From positions 51,205 to 115,204 of the forward strand of contig DEKU01000020.1 of assembly GCA_002354035.1 (NCBI GenBank): 64,000 nucleotides of DNA. The letters are read 5' to 3'. The position numbers were made by a program, and so were the translations under genes. This document shows positions 28,224 to 36,233 of the stretch, one piece after another. The notes under the pieces were generated by a model. That model was given only the letters and a program-made list of their open reading frames with translations. It did not search any database and was not told the origin of the DNA. This DNA comes from Bacteroidales bacterium UBA2714. Lineage in GTDB: Bacteria; Bacteroidota; Bacteroidia; Bacteroidales; P3. How positions within the stretch are numbered: position 1 is the first letter of the stretch; every line of letters begins with the position of its first letter.

Positions 28224-29311
28224 ATAACTTGTCTCCTCGCCTCATTGGCCATACACCGGTGGTCTTTCTCCTGATGATTGTTGCCCAGCTGTCATTCTCC
28301 AGCTGTGAGCGCGCATTCCTGTATGACACTACCGCTACCCCGATGCACACTTTCGACTATTTGTGGCAGAGGGTGGACCAGCAGTATTCGATGTTCGACG
28401 TGAAGGGGGTGGACTGGCAGGCGGTGTATGATTCTCTCCGTCCGCAGGTGACCGACACGATGGGCGACGACAGCCTTTTTGCCCTTTGTGCCTCGATGTT
28501 GAATTGCCTGAACGACGGCCATGTGAACCTCGTCTCCTCGTTCGACGCCTCGCGTTCGGAGTCGGTCCACCATCGTTTCCATGCCCAGTCCGGCATTGAT
28601 GTCGACTTGGTGGTTCTGGACTACCTGGGTGTGGGCTATCACAGCACGGGAGGGATGGTGCATGGCCCTCTGTGCGACGGGAAGGTGATGTACCTTTATT
28701 ATGGTTCTTTCTCCAACACGGTGTCGGTGGCGGGTTTGCGCCGCATTGTCGATTCCTACCCAGAGGCCCAGGGCATGATACTGGACTTGCGGGGCAACGG
28801 GGGTGGCAATCTGGCCAATATCGACCGCATCCTGCGTGTGATGCCATCTCACGGGCAGGTGCTTTACCGAAGCCAGATCAAGGCCGGTCCAGCCCACGAC
28901 GCGTTCACGCCGCTGGAGCCCACCTATGCACCCCAAAGTGTCGACGACCCTTTCTTCCTCCCGGTAATCGTGCTGGTGGACCGAGGGTGTTTCAGCGCCA
29001 CAAGCACCTTTGCCATCGCCACACAGGCCTATGACAACATCTTCCTGATGGGCGACACGACGGGCGGTGGCCTCGGCCTGCCGACGATGGGGACACTGCC
29101 CAACGGATGGGTCTACCGCTTTTCCATCACCCGCACCATTGCCCTCGACGGCCGCAACTATGAGAACGGCGTCCCACCCGACATTCTGCTGCCTTTCGAC
29201 CGCGAGAGGGCCCACTCCCTGCGCCGCGACAATATCATCGACTCCGCCTGCGCCCTCCTCTTGGGCCAGTCCCTTGTTGCGGACAACAAGATGTCCGCAT
29301 TGTCAAACTAA
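28220..29311 (+). CDS. S41 family peptidase (lipoprotein)
   Basis: Start moved to MNNLSPRLIGHTPVVFLLMIVAQLSFSSC. Motifs ILDLRGNGGGNL and VLVDRGCFSATSTFA are S41 hallmarks. Confidence 0.8.
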   Translation: MNNLSPRLIGHTPVVFLLMIVAQLSFSSCERAFLYDTTATPMHTFDYLWQRVDQQYSMFDVKGVDWQAVYDSLRPQVTDTMGDDSLFALCASMLNCLNDGHVNLVSSFDASRSESVHHRFHAQSGIDVDLVVLDYLGVGYHSTGGMVHGPLCDGKVMYLYYGSFSNTVSVAGLRRIVDSYPEAQGMILDLRGNGGGNLANIDRILRVMPSHGQVLYRSQIKAGPAHDAFTPLEPTYAPQSVDDPFFLPVIVLVDRGCFSATSTFAIATQAYDNIFLMGDTTGGGLGLPTMGTLPNGWVYRFSITRTIALDGRNYENGVPPDILLPFDRERAHSLRRDNIIDSACALLLGQSLVADNKMSALSN

Positions 29312-29350
29312 TCATCAATCATTTTTTATCACTTTTACATCGCACAACTC

Positions 29351-32008
29351 ATGAAAATACTGATCAGAGCCAGTTACCCGAACTATCACATGGTGCGCCG
29401 CTATGCCATCAGCGGCCCCGAGGTGTTCAACTGCAACGTCGACGATGCCGACAACACCCTCGAGGGCAATAAGCCCGGCACGGTCATCTACACCCTTGAC
29501 GGCGAGGACACCCCTCGCGAGTTCCCACCCCGCTGGTACGACATGTACCACCTCCTCAAAACCCGTGGCGAGCGGAAGGAGCATTACCTGAAGCTGCTCC
29601 TGGCCGAACACGACGGCACAGCCACCCCTCAGCAAAAGGAGGAACTGGACGCACAGCGGCACAAGCTGCGCCAGGACATTGTCGACTATGTGGAGGCCAA
29701 CCCCCTGGTGGAAAACGACGAGGTCATCACGGCTCTCACCCCCCGCACTTTCACCGACTTCGAAATCAGCTACAAGGGCCGTATGCTCCTCGAGCTGACG
29801 CAGAACTATTACCCTGTGCCCGACTTCGTGATTCTCACCTCCCAGCTCTCCCGCCACCCCGAACATCTGGAGGAACGGCTGGCTCAGGCCATCTCAAACC
29901 TCGAGATCATGACCCACCTCACCCTCGGTCACGAGCACAACCCCCTTGTGTTTGCCATCCGTTGCGCCATGCCGCAGTACATCCCCGGCCTGATGCCCAC
30001 CCTCCTCAACATCGGTGTCACCCGCACAGCCTATCAGGCCCTTGCCAACCATTACGACAAGGGAATGGCCAACCGCGTCTACCTCTCCACCCTCCACACG
30101 CTCTGCGAAATGCTCGGCATCGAACGTAAGTACGACACTTCCGACATTTCCCTCTCCCTCCCCCTCCAGCAGCAGCGCATAGCGGATATGGAGAATGAAA
30201 TCATCCAGGCCCGTGCCGATGGCCACAAGCTGCTCACCGACGCCTTCTACCAAGCCCTCCAGCTCACCCGCCACGTCTATTCCTTCTACACCGACAACCA
30301 AGACCTCATCCTCACCTTCATGCAGGGCAAACAGGCCTCGCCCTCTCTCATCCTGCAGCGCATGGTCTGGACCATCGGCAACAATGCCTCCTATCCGGGC
30401 GTCCTCTACAGCCGCCATAGCCGCACCGGCAAGGGCAGCCAGATTGAGAGCTACCGCAATATCTTCGGCGAAGAGATTATGACGGGCGACGTCACCTCCG
30501 ACGACCGCTCCTACACCAACCGCGACACCATCAAGAACGAGTTCCCGGCCGTTTACCATTTCCATCCCCTCCTCGTCAAGCTTGAGGAGCGCTACCATTC
30601 GCCCGTAACTATCGAGTTCGCGGTCGAAACCCGTCCCCGACAGGTGAGCCTCTTCTCCGTCCTCCAGCTCAACATGAGCGAGATGACCGGCCGAGCCGCC
30701 CTCATCTCCGCCATCGACCTCCTGCGCGAGCACCGCATCTCCCGTTCGCAGGTCATGGACATCATCAAACCCTATCATCTGCGGCAAATCGTATCCGCCT
30801 CCATCGACGACCGCTCCATGCAGCGCCTCCAATACTTCGGTCGTGGCATCAGCGTCCTGCCCCGCACAGCCATCTCGGCCGTGCTCTGCTTCTCCGCCGC
30901 CAAGGCCCGCGAGATGGTGGCCAAAGGCTGCCAGGTCTGTCTCTGCCAGGAGCGTTTCGTCCCCGAGGACACCATCACCCTCAACGAGGTCCACGCCATC
31001 CTCAGCATGACCCCGGCCGCCATCCATGTGGTCACCGCCTGTCGCGGCTACGGCATCCCCGCCCTCCTCGACCTCCACAACTACGGCATCCATTTCGAGG
31101 AGCGAGACGGCCAGCAGGTAGTTGTCAACAGCGAGGGCCTCGTCCTGCACGAACTCGACAATATCACCCTCTCCAGCAAGCACCAAACCATCTACAAAGG
31201 CACCGCCGACTTCAAACCTGCCCGCTTCACCAAATATCTCAGGGGCGAGCCGGTCGAACTCTCACCCGACGAGGAGCAGTTCTTCAGCGACATGAAGAGC
31301 GCCTACGAGGTCTACCAGGAAATCGTCACCGTAGAGCAGGCACCCGTCATCGAAGACCTCGACAAACTGGCGCGCCTCATCCGCTGCGAACTCCAGGACC
31401 GTCCCGAGATAGCCAAAGACCTTGTCAACAGCTGGTATGCCTACCACGCTGACCAATACGTGCAGGAGGTGCTGCAAAGCAAAATGGGCTCGCACCTCGA
31501 CCAGTCGCGCGTCTTTCTCCTCCTCAACACCAACCGCCAGGTGGAGTTCTTCCAGTCCGTATCGAAAATATGTCTCGAACAGGGGCTCAACGGCCTCACC
31601 GCCGGCTCCTTCATGCTGGGCCGTTTCGTCTCTCGCCCCATCTCCCGTTCCGTCTGGAACCGCCTTAGCGACCGCATCGTAGCCTTCCTCCTCAACGAGT
31701 ATGTGCTCTATGAGAAGTACCAGCAGGTGCTGGCCGAGGTGGGCGAAATACGTCTGGCCCGTGCCCACAGCCGCATCGAGACCGAAGGCATCGACAATAT
31801 GACCATCCACAATTTCGACCTCACCACTTTCGTACCCCTCATCTGCTCCTCTCACGACTGGGGACATATAGCGGCCGAACTCGAAAGCATCGACCATCAG
31901 GACAACACCCACATCCTTGTCCAAAAACTGTCCCGTCCCCTCGAAGAGATTTTCGACCTTTCGCAGCCCTACAAAGCCCAGCAAATCCAGCAACTCCGCG
32001 ACTTATGA
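29351..32008 (+). CDS. pyruvate-phosphate-dikinase-like protein: degenerate ATP-grasp plus phosphohistidine swivel domain, with the PEP/pyruvate TIM barrel replaced by a ~300 aa helical domain
   Basis: 885 aa, collinear with PPDK landmarks. NPLVFAIRCAMPQYIPGLMPTLLNIGV matches PLLVSVRSGA..SMPGMMDTILNLGL. GVLYSRHSRTGKG...GEEIMTG matches GVAFTRNPSTGEK...GEDVVAG. MTPAAIHVVTACRGYGIP matches GGMTSHAAVVARGMG. No GTNDLTQ or CGEHGGDP motifs occur in the C-terminal third. Confidence 0.7.
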   Translation: MKILIRASYPNYHMVRRYAISGPEVFNCNVDDADNTLEGNKPGTVIYTLDGEDTPREFPPRWYDMYHLLKTRGERKEHYLKLLLAEHDGTATPQQKEELDAQRHKLRQDIVDYVEANPLVENDEVITALTPRTFTDFEISYKGRMLLELTQNYYPVPDFVILTSQLSRHPEHLEERLAQAISNLEIMTHLTLGHEHNPLVFAIRCAMPQYIPGLMPTLLNIGVTRTAYQALANHYDKGMANRVYLSTLHTLCEMLGIERKYDTSDISLSLPLQQQRIADMENEIIQARADGHKLLTDAFYQALQLTRHVYSFYTDNQDLILTFMQGKQASPSLILQRMVWTIGNNASYPGVLYSRHSRTGKGSQIESYRNIFGEEIMTGDVTSDDRSYTNRDTIKNEFPAVYHFHPLLVKLEERYHSPVTIEFAVETRPRQVSLFSVLQLNMSEMTGRAALISAIDLLREHRISRSQVMDIIKPYHLRQIVSASIDDRSMQRLQYFGRGISVLPRTAISAVLCFSAAKAREMVAKGCQVCLCQERFVPEDTITLNEVHAILSMTPAAIHVVTACRGYGIPALLDLHNYGIHFEERDGQQVVVNSEGLVLHELDNITLSSKHQTIYKGTADFKPARFTKYLRGEPVELSPDEEQFFSDMKSAYEVYQEIVTVEQAPVIEDLDKLARLIRCELQDRPEIAKDLVNSWYAYHADQYVQEVLQSKMGSHLDQSRVFLLLNTNRQVEFFQSVSKICLEQGLNGLTAGSFMLGRFVSRPISRSVWNRLSDRIVAFLLNEYVLYEKYQQVLAEVGEIRLARAHSRIETEGIDNMTIHNFDLTTFVPLICSSHDWGHIAAELESIDHQDNTHILVQKLSRPLEEIFDLSQPYKAQQIQQLRDL

Positions 32009-32793
32009 CCTCACGGCTTCTCATCCTCTTTGCCGCTCTTGCCCTCAGCCTCCATGCCTGGGGGCAAACCACGGCCACGGTGCCGGACACCCTGCCGGAC
32101 ACCCTCGCGGCCCTTCCCGCTCCCACCCCCGACTATGCCGTGCTCAACTACCTCCAGAATCACCGCACTCCCGTCGCCAACCGAGTCATGATAGGCATCA
32201 GCAACACCTTTGTCCTCGCGCCTCTCCCGGCCGCGGTCCATGCGGTGGCGGCCCTTGCCTCGGCCGGTTCCGACTCCCGTTCGCGGCTCAGCGACGATGC
32301 TTTCGAGGCCTCGCTCACCATGGGTCTGTGCGCCGCGGCCACCATGGGCCTGAAAAACACCATCGGTCGACCGCGCCCGTGGGTCACCTACCGGGGCCGA
32401 CTGGTGTGCCTCCAGCATGTGGCGAGCGCCTCGTTCCCGTCGGGGCATACCTCTTTCACCTTTGCCGCCGCCACCTCGATGGCGCTGCTCCACCCCCAAT
32501 GGTATTGTGTAGTACCTGCCTATCTGTGGGCCACAGCCGTGGGCTTCAGCAGGCTGTACATCGGTGCTCACTATCCCTCCGACGTTCTGGCGGGTGCCTT
32601 GGTGGGGGTTGGCAGCGCACTGCTGTCGCACTACATCCGCTCCCGCCTGTCCGCCGCCCAGCCCGACCCCGTCTCGGCTGCCACCGGCGCGGCGGTGAAT
32701 CATGTCGCTCCGCCTGTGGCGACTGGCGCCACAAGCGGAATGCTGCCCCCTGCGCCCAGCATATTCATGCTGCCGGTGACGCTGGTTTTCTGA
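32005..32793 (+). CDS. PAP2 family (acid/lipid) phosphatase, membrane-bound
   Basis: 262 aa. All three PAP2 motifs are present: KNTIGRPRP, PSGHTS, SRLYIGAHYPSD. The ATG overlaps the stop of the PPDK-like gene (ATGA at 32005..32008). Confidence 0.85.
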   Translation: MTSRLLILFAALALSLHAWGQTTATVPDTLPDTLAALPAPTPDYAVLNYLQNHRTPVANRVMIGISNTFVLAPLPAAVHAVAALASAGSDSRSRLSDDAFEASLTMGLCAAATMGLKNTIGRPRPWVTYRGRLVCLQHVASASFPSGHTSFTFAAATSMALLHPQWYCVVPAYLWATAVGFSRLYIGAHYPSDVLAGALVGVGSALLSHYIRSRLSAAQPDPVSAATGAAVNHVAPPVATGATSGMLPPAPSIFMLPVTLVF

Positions 32794-32844
32794 CAGTTTC
32801 GAGACGACAAGCGGGCTACTTTTTTTCTACTTTCACATTGTTTT

Positions 32845-32883
32845 GATTCTATTTTGTTTCTTGCCAAGAAACAAAATAGAATC
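32845..32883. terminator. perfect 19-bp inverted repeat (1-nt spacer) between convergent genes; probable bidirectional terminator
   Basis: GATTCTATTTTGTTTCTTG-c-CAAGAAACAAAATAGAATC. It lies between the PAP2 gene (plus) and the LytTR regulator gene (minus). Confidence 0.6.
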
Positions 32884-32915
32884 AAAATAGAAACAAAATA
32901 GAAACAAAATACAAT
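32872..32915. repeat. 11-bp tandem repeat CAAAATAGAA(A/T), 4 units
   Basis: caaaatagaat caaaatagaaa caaaatagaaa caaaatacaat. The first unit forms the right arm of the palindrome, and inverted copies form the left arm. Confidence 0.8.
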
Positions 32916-32969
32916 CCAATTGTCGTATAAGAAAAAGAGCAGCTGGGAAAACGGTTGCGGGTTGGAGGG

Positions 32970-33818
32970 CTACAGGAGGCCGGTGTACCATTCTTTGAAG
33001 GATTGCACGCGGGCTTTGGGAATGATGATGCGGTCGGGCGTGGGAACGGTGAGGGTCAGTGTGTATTTGCCCAGCAGCCACACCGATATGTCCTTGATGG
33101 CGTTGTGGGCCACGATATATTGGCGGTTGGCGCGGAAGAAGGCCGAGGGGTCGAGCTGGGTCATGATGATGTCGAGGGGTTTGTCGAGGGGGTGGGTGGT
33201 GCCGTCCTGCATCAGGGCCAGGGTGGAGCTGTGGCTGGCGGGGTTGGAGTTGTCGATGTAGATGCAGGCTATCTGGCTCACGTCGATGGGCACAAGCTTG
33301 TCGCGCAGGGGGATGAGGAAGTAGCGCTTGTATTGGTGGTAGTGGCGGTCCAGCATGTCGATGGCGTGGTGGAGGGCGTCGTCGTGTGCTGGGGGAGGAG
33401 GGGTTCGGCTGGCCAGTTTGTCGAGGGCGCGGCGCAGGTCGTTGGGGCTGATGGGTTTGAGCAGATAGTCGATGCTGTTGACTTGGAAGGCTTGCAGGGC
33501 GTACTGGTCGTAGGCGGTGGTGAAGATGATGGGGCAGGGGACTTCCACTTGGTCGAAGATGCGGAAGGCGAGGCCGTCGGCCAGGTGGATGTCCATAAAC
33601 ACCATGTCGGGCAAGGCGGGGTGGGTGGAGGTCGGGAAATCGGGATGGAGGGAATGATGGGCGGGTTCGGCGCATCCGGCGGAGCGGAACCATTCGACCG
33701 ACTCTTCGACTGATTGCAGCAGAGCCAGCACTTGCACTTCGGGTGCCACGGCGGCCAGCTGGCGGGTGAGATGTTGTACAGCGACGTTCTCGTCTTCGAT
33801 TATCAATGCTGTTGACAT
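32970..33818 (-). CDS. LytTR-family two-component response regulator
   Basis: Receiver domain (ALIIEDENVAV..., phospho-acceptor context MVFMDIHLADG, TTAYDQYALQAF) plus a C-terminal LytTR DNA-binding domain. The start is taken at MSTALIIEDE; the track start at 33875 would overlap the kinase gene by 41 nt. There is a ~20 aa insertion in the receiver domain. Confidence 0.8.
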   Translation of the reverse strand: MSTALIIEDENVAVQHLTRQLAAVAPEVQVLALLQSVEESVEWFRSAGCAEPAHHSLHPDFPTSTHPALPDMVFMDIHLADGLAFRIFDQVEVPCPIIFTTAYDQYALQAFQVNSIDYLLKPISPNDLRRALDKLASRTPPPPAHDDALHHAIDMLDRHYHQYKRYFLIPLRDKLVPIDVSQIACIYIDNSNPASHSSTLALMQDGTTHPLDKPLDIIMTQLDPSAFFRANRQYIVAHNAIKDISVWLLGKYTLTLTVPTPDRIIIPKARVQSFKEWYTGLL

Positions 33819-33834
33819 GGTGGGATGGGTGGTT

Positions 33835-34953
33835 TCAGGAGTGACTGTTTTCGAATTGGAGTGGTATTTCGACACTGAAGGTGGTGTCGGTTTGCGAGAT
33901 GGATATGTCGCGGCGCAGCACCAGCCGGCATCGTTCGCTGAGGTTGGTGAGGCCGATGCTTCCGTGGTGGCCGTGGTCGGGGCCGTCCTTGGGCTGCAGG
34001 GGGTTGGAGACGCAGAGCGAGTGGAGGGTGTGGCCGTCGGGAGCAGTGGTGGTGCGGGTGGCGATGGTGACGGTGAGCGGATGGCGGTCGCTCACGATGT
34101 TGTGCTGCAAGGCGTTTTCGACCAACAGCTGGACGCTGATGGGCACCACGTTTGCCGAGAGGCATTGGGGGTCGATGTGGGTGGAGACTTTGAATCCGTT
34201 GCCGTAGCGCAGTTGCATCATGGCTATGAAATTGTCGGTGAATCGCATTTCGTCGGCCAGTGTCACCTGCCGTTGCTGTTGCATGATGTAGCGGTAGGAG
34301 AGGGCCAGCTGGTGGAGGTATTCGTGTGCCCGCTGGTCGTCGTAGCCGATCAGTCCGTCGAGGGTGTTGAGGGAGTTGAAGAGGAAGTGGGGGTCGATTT
34401 GTTTTTCGAGGGCGTCGTAGCGTGTTTGGAGGCTTTCGGAGTTGGAGCGCTCCTCTTCCAGAAGGAGCTGTTGGTGGCGGGTCAGGTTGTAGAGCAGGAG
34501 GGTGATGAGGATGACCGTCAGGGCCACAAAGCCGTCGCGGATCATGCTGATGTCTATCCGGATGGGTATGCCGAGGGAGGGGAAGAGGCCGTTGGCGACC
34601 CAGGCTGAAAGGGTGCTGAAACCTAAGGCGATGGCCAAAGAGCCGCCGATGGACCATGCAAGGCTGACGGCTGAGCTGTGGATGTCTGTGTTACGGGAGG
34701 TCGGGACACTGGGATGTTCGGTGAGACGGCGGAAGATGGCAAAGTTGTAGTGGAAAAGGATGAGGCTGAGAATGAGCAGCTGGATGAGAGTGAAAAGGGT
34801 GTGGGACGTTGAGGGAGGAGTGAATTGGGCAAAGCGGAGGTCGTCGACATGCACGATGGCGGTAAGGATGACACTGGTGATGAGCGCCAGAAGGTTGGCG
34901 TTGCCAGGCTTGTAGGGGTGGGCCATGCGGCGGGTGCTTAGGGCTGAGAGCAT
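33835..34953 (-). CDS. LytS/YehU-type sensor histidine kinase
   Basis: 372 aa. An N-terminal membrane domain, then the His_kinase motif HFLFNSLNTL and an ATPase N-box VENALQHN. Confidence 0.8.
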   Translation of the reverse strand: MLSALSTRRMAHPYKPGNANLLALITSVILTAIVHVDDLRFAQFTPPSTSHTLFTLIQLLILSLILFHYNFAIFRRLTEHPSVPTSRNTDIHSSAVSLAWSIGGSLAIALGFSTLSAWVANGLFPSLGIPIRIDISMIRDGFVALTVILITLLLYNLTRHQQLLLEEERSNSESLQTRYDALEKQIDPHFLFNSLNTLDGLIGYDDQRAHEYLHQLALSYRYIMQQQRQVTLADEMRFTDNFIAMMQLRYGNGFKVSTHIDPQCLSANVVPISVQLLVENALQHNIVSDRHPLTVTIATRTTTAPDGHTLHSLCVSNPLQPKDGPDHGHHGSIGLTNLSERCRLVLRRDISISQTDTTFSVEIPLQFENSHS

Positions 34954-34977
34954 AGATGGGAGTTTATAGTGTTTTTT

Positions 34978-35010
34978 TCTAGAATAATCTAGATTATCTA
35001 GAATTTCTAG
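34978..35010. promoter_or_regulatory. four phased TCTAG(A) repeats immediately upstream of the kinase/regulator genes; candidate operator
   Basis: TCTAGA at 34978, 34988 and 34997, and TCTAG at 35006 (spacing 10, 9, 9 nt), in the 88-nt gap between the ABC-2 permease stop and the kinase ATG. Confidence 0.4.
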
Positions 35011-35041
35011 TTATTAACTTGCTTTTTGGGTGTTTATTGTG

Positions 35042-36214
35042 TCATTTTAGGCGAAATTGTTTGGCGAAGCGGAGGCAGAAGCAGCTGGTGACAAAGTAGA
35101 GGGCTGTCTGGAGCCACAGCATGAGGTATTCGAACTTTACTCCCGCCAGTGTGGAACCCATCGTGTTGATGCGGATGAAGCCCTGGATGCCGTGGGTGGA
35201 GGGGAAGAGGTAGGAGAGTGTGCGCCAGAAGGGGGGCATGTTGCAGGCAGGCCAGATGGCTCCCGAAAGGAAAAGGAGTATGACGCTGAAGAAGATGCAG
35301 GTGACGATGCCGGTGTCGCGTTCGCGGACGAAGCTGCACACTGTCATGCAGAAGAAGATGGTGGCCAGCATGAATGGGAGCAGGAAGAGGCAGAGGTCGG
35401 TGAGACGGCCGATGTGGGGCAGGTCGAACAGGCGGGGTATAAGCACAAGGTCGATGGCCACCACGGGGACGTAGAGCAGCAAGTAGGCCAAGGCGCGACC
35501 TATCACCACGCGGGGACGGCCGTCGCGACGCAGCCGTGGGGGGATGACGCGGAGGGTTTCGCGGTCTTCGCGGGCGGTGCCGAAAAGGATGCCTATGCCG
35601 AGAAAGAGGGTCTGGTGGATGATGAGCACGAGGAGTGCGGGGACCAGAAAACTGGTGAATCCCCCGGTGGGGGAGTAGAGTTTCACATCGTCGTAGGGGA
35701 TGGGTTTGATGAGTTCGTCGGCGCTTTCGCCGGTTATGCCCACTAATGAGTAGCGCTGGAGCTCGATTTGTTGCAGCTCGTCGAGCAGCACGTTGCTGGC
35801 GGCAGAGAGGACGCCACGGTAGTAGAGGAAGCTGCTCATGTCGCAGAAGAGACATACGCGGGCGGTCTCGTGGCGGGAAAGGCGTTGGTCGTAGTCGCGC
35901 GGGAAGAGGAAGATGCCGTTGATGTTGCGCTGCTCCATGAGGTGACGGGCTTCCTCCATATTGCAGCAATGGTAGTCGACCCGTAGTTCGGGGGTGGCGT
36001 CGAGTTTGTGGATGAACCGTCGCGAGGCGTCGCTGCGCGACTCGTCGACTACGGCCACGGGCAGATTGCGCACGAGCTCGTTTTTGTAGATGGCCCCGAA
36101 GATGAGGGGATAGATGAGAGTGGCGATGAAGAAGATGAGCATGACGCCTTTGTCGCACAGCACACGGCGAAGCTCAATCACGTATACGTCCCAGATATCT
36201 TTAAGTACGTTCAT
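35042..36214 (-). CDS. ABC-2 type transporter permease
   Basis: 390 aa. One N-terminal TM helix, a large loop, then five or more C-terminal TM helices (YhhJ/YbhR-like topology). Confidence 0.75.
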   Translation of the reverse strand: MNVLKDIWDVYVIELRRVLCDKGVMLIFFIATLIYPLIFGAIYKNELVRNLPVAVVDESRSDASRRFIHKLDATPELRVDYHCCNMEEARHLMEQRNINGIFLFPRDYDQRLSRHETARVCLFCDMSSFLYYRGVLSAASNVLLDELQQIELQRYSLVGITGESADELIKPIPYDDVKLYSPTGGFTSFLVPALLVLIIHQTLFLGIGILFGTAREDRETLRVIPPRLRRDGRPRVVIGRALAYLLLYVPVVAIDLVLIPRLFDLPHIGRLTDLCLFLLPFMLATIFFCMTVCSFVRERDTGIVTCIFFSVILLFLSGAIWPACNMPPFWRTLSYLFPSTHGIQGFIRINTMGSTLAGVKFEYLMLWLQTALYFVTSCFCLRFAKQFRLK

Positions 36215-36233
36215 GGCTGGTAGAGGAGTGTAA

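Noticed and set aside
29894-31993. Minus-strand ORFs 29894..31186 (430 aa) and 31262..31993 (243 aa), opposite the PPDK-like gene.
   Set aside because: Their composition is Gly/Val/Asp/Glu/His-rich mirror-image composition. The plus-strand frame carries collinear PPDK landmarks and operon-style ATGA overlaps.
32833-34657. Several 250-300 aa ORFs in alternative frames or strands across the two-component genes (32833..33693, 32955..33713, 33766..34608, 33803..34657).
   Set aside because: All are Pro/Arg/His- or Gly/Val-rich. The receiver, LytTR and His_kinase motifs are found only in the frames reported.
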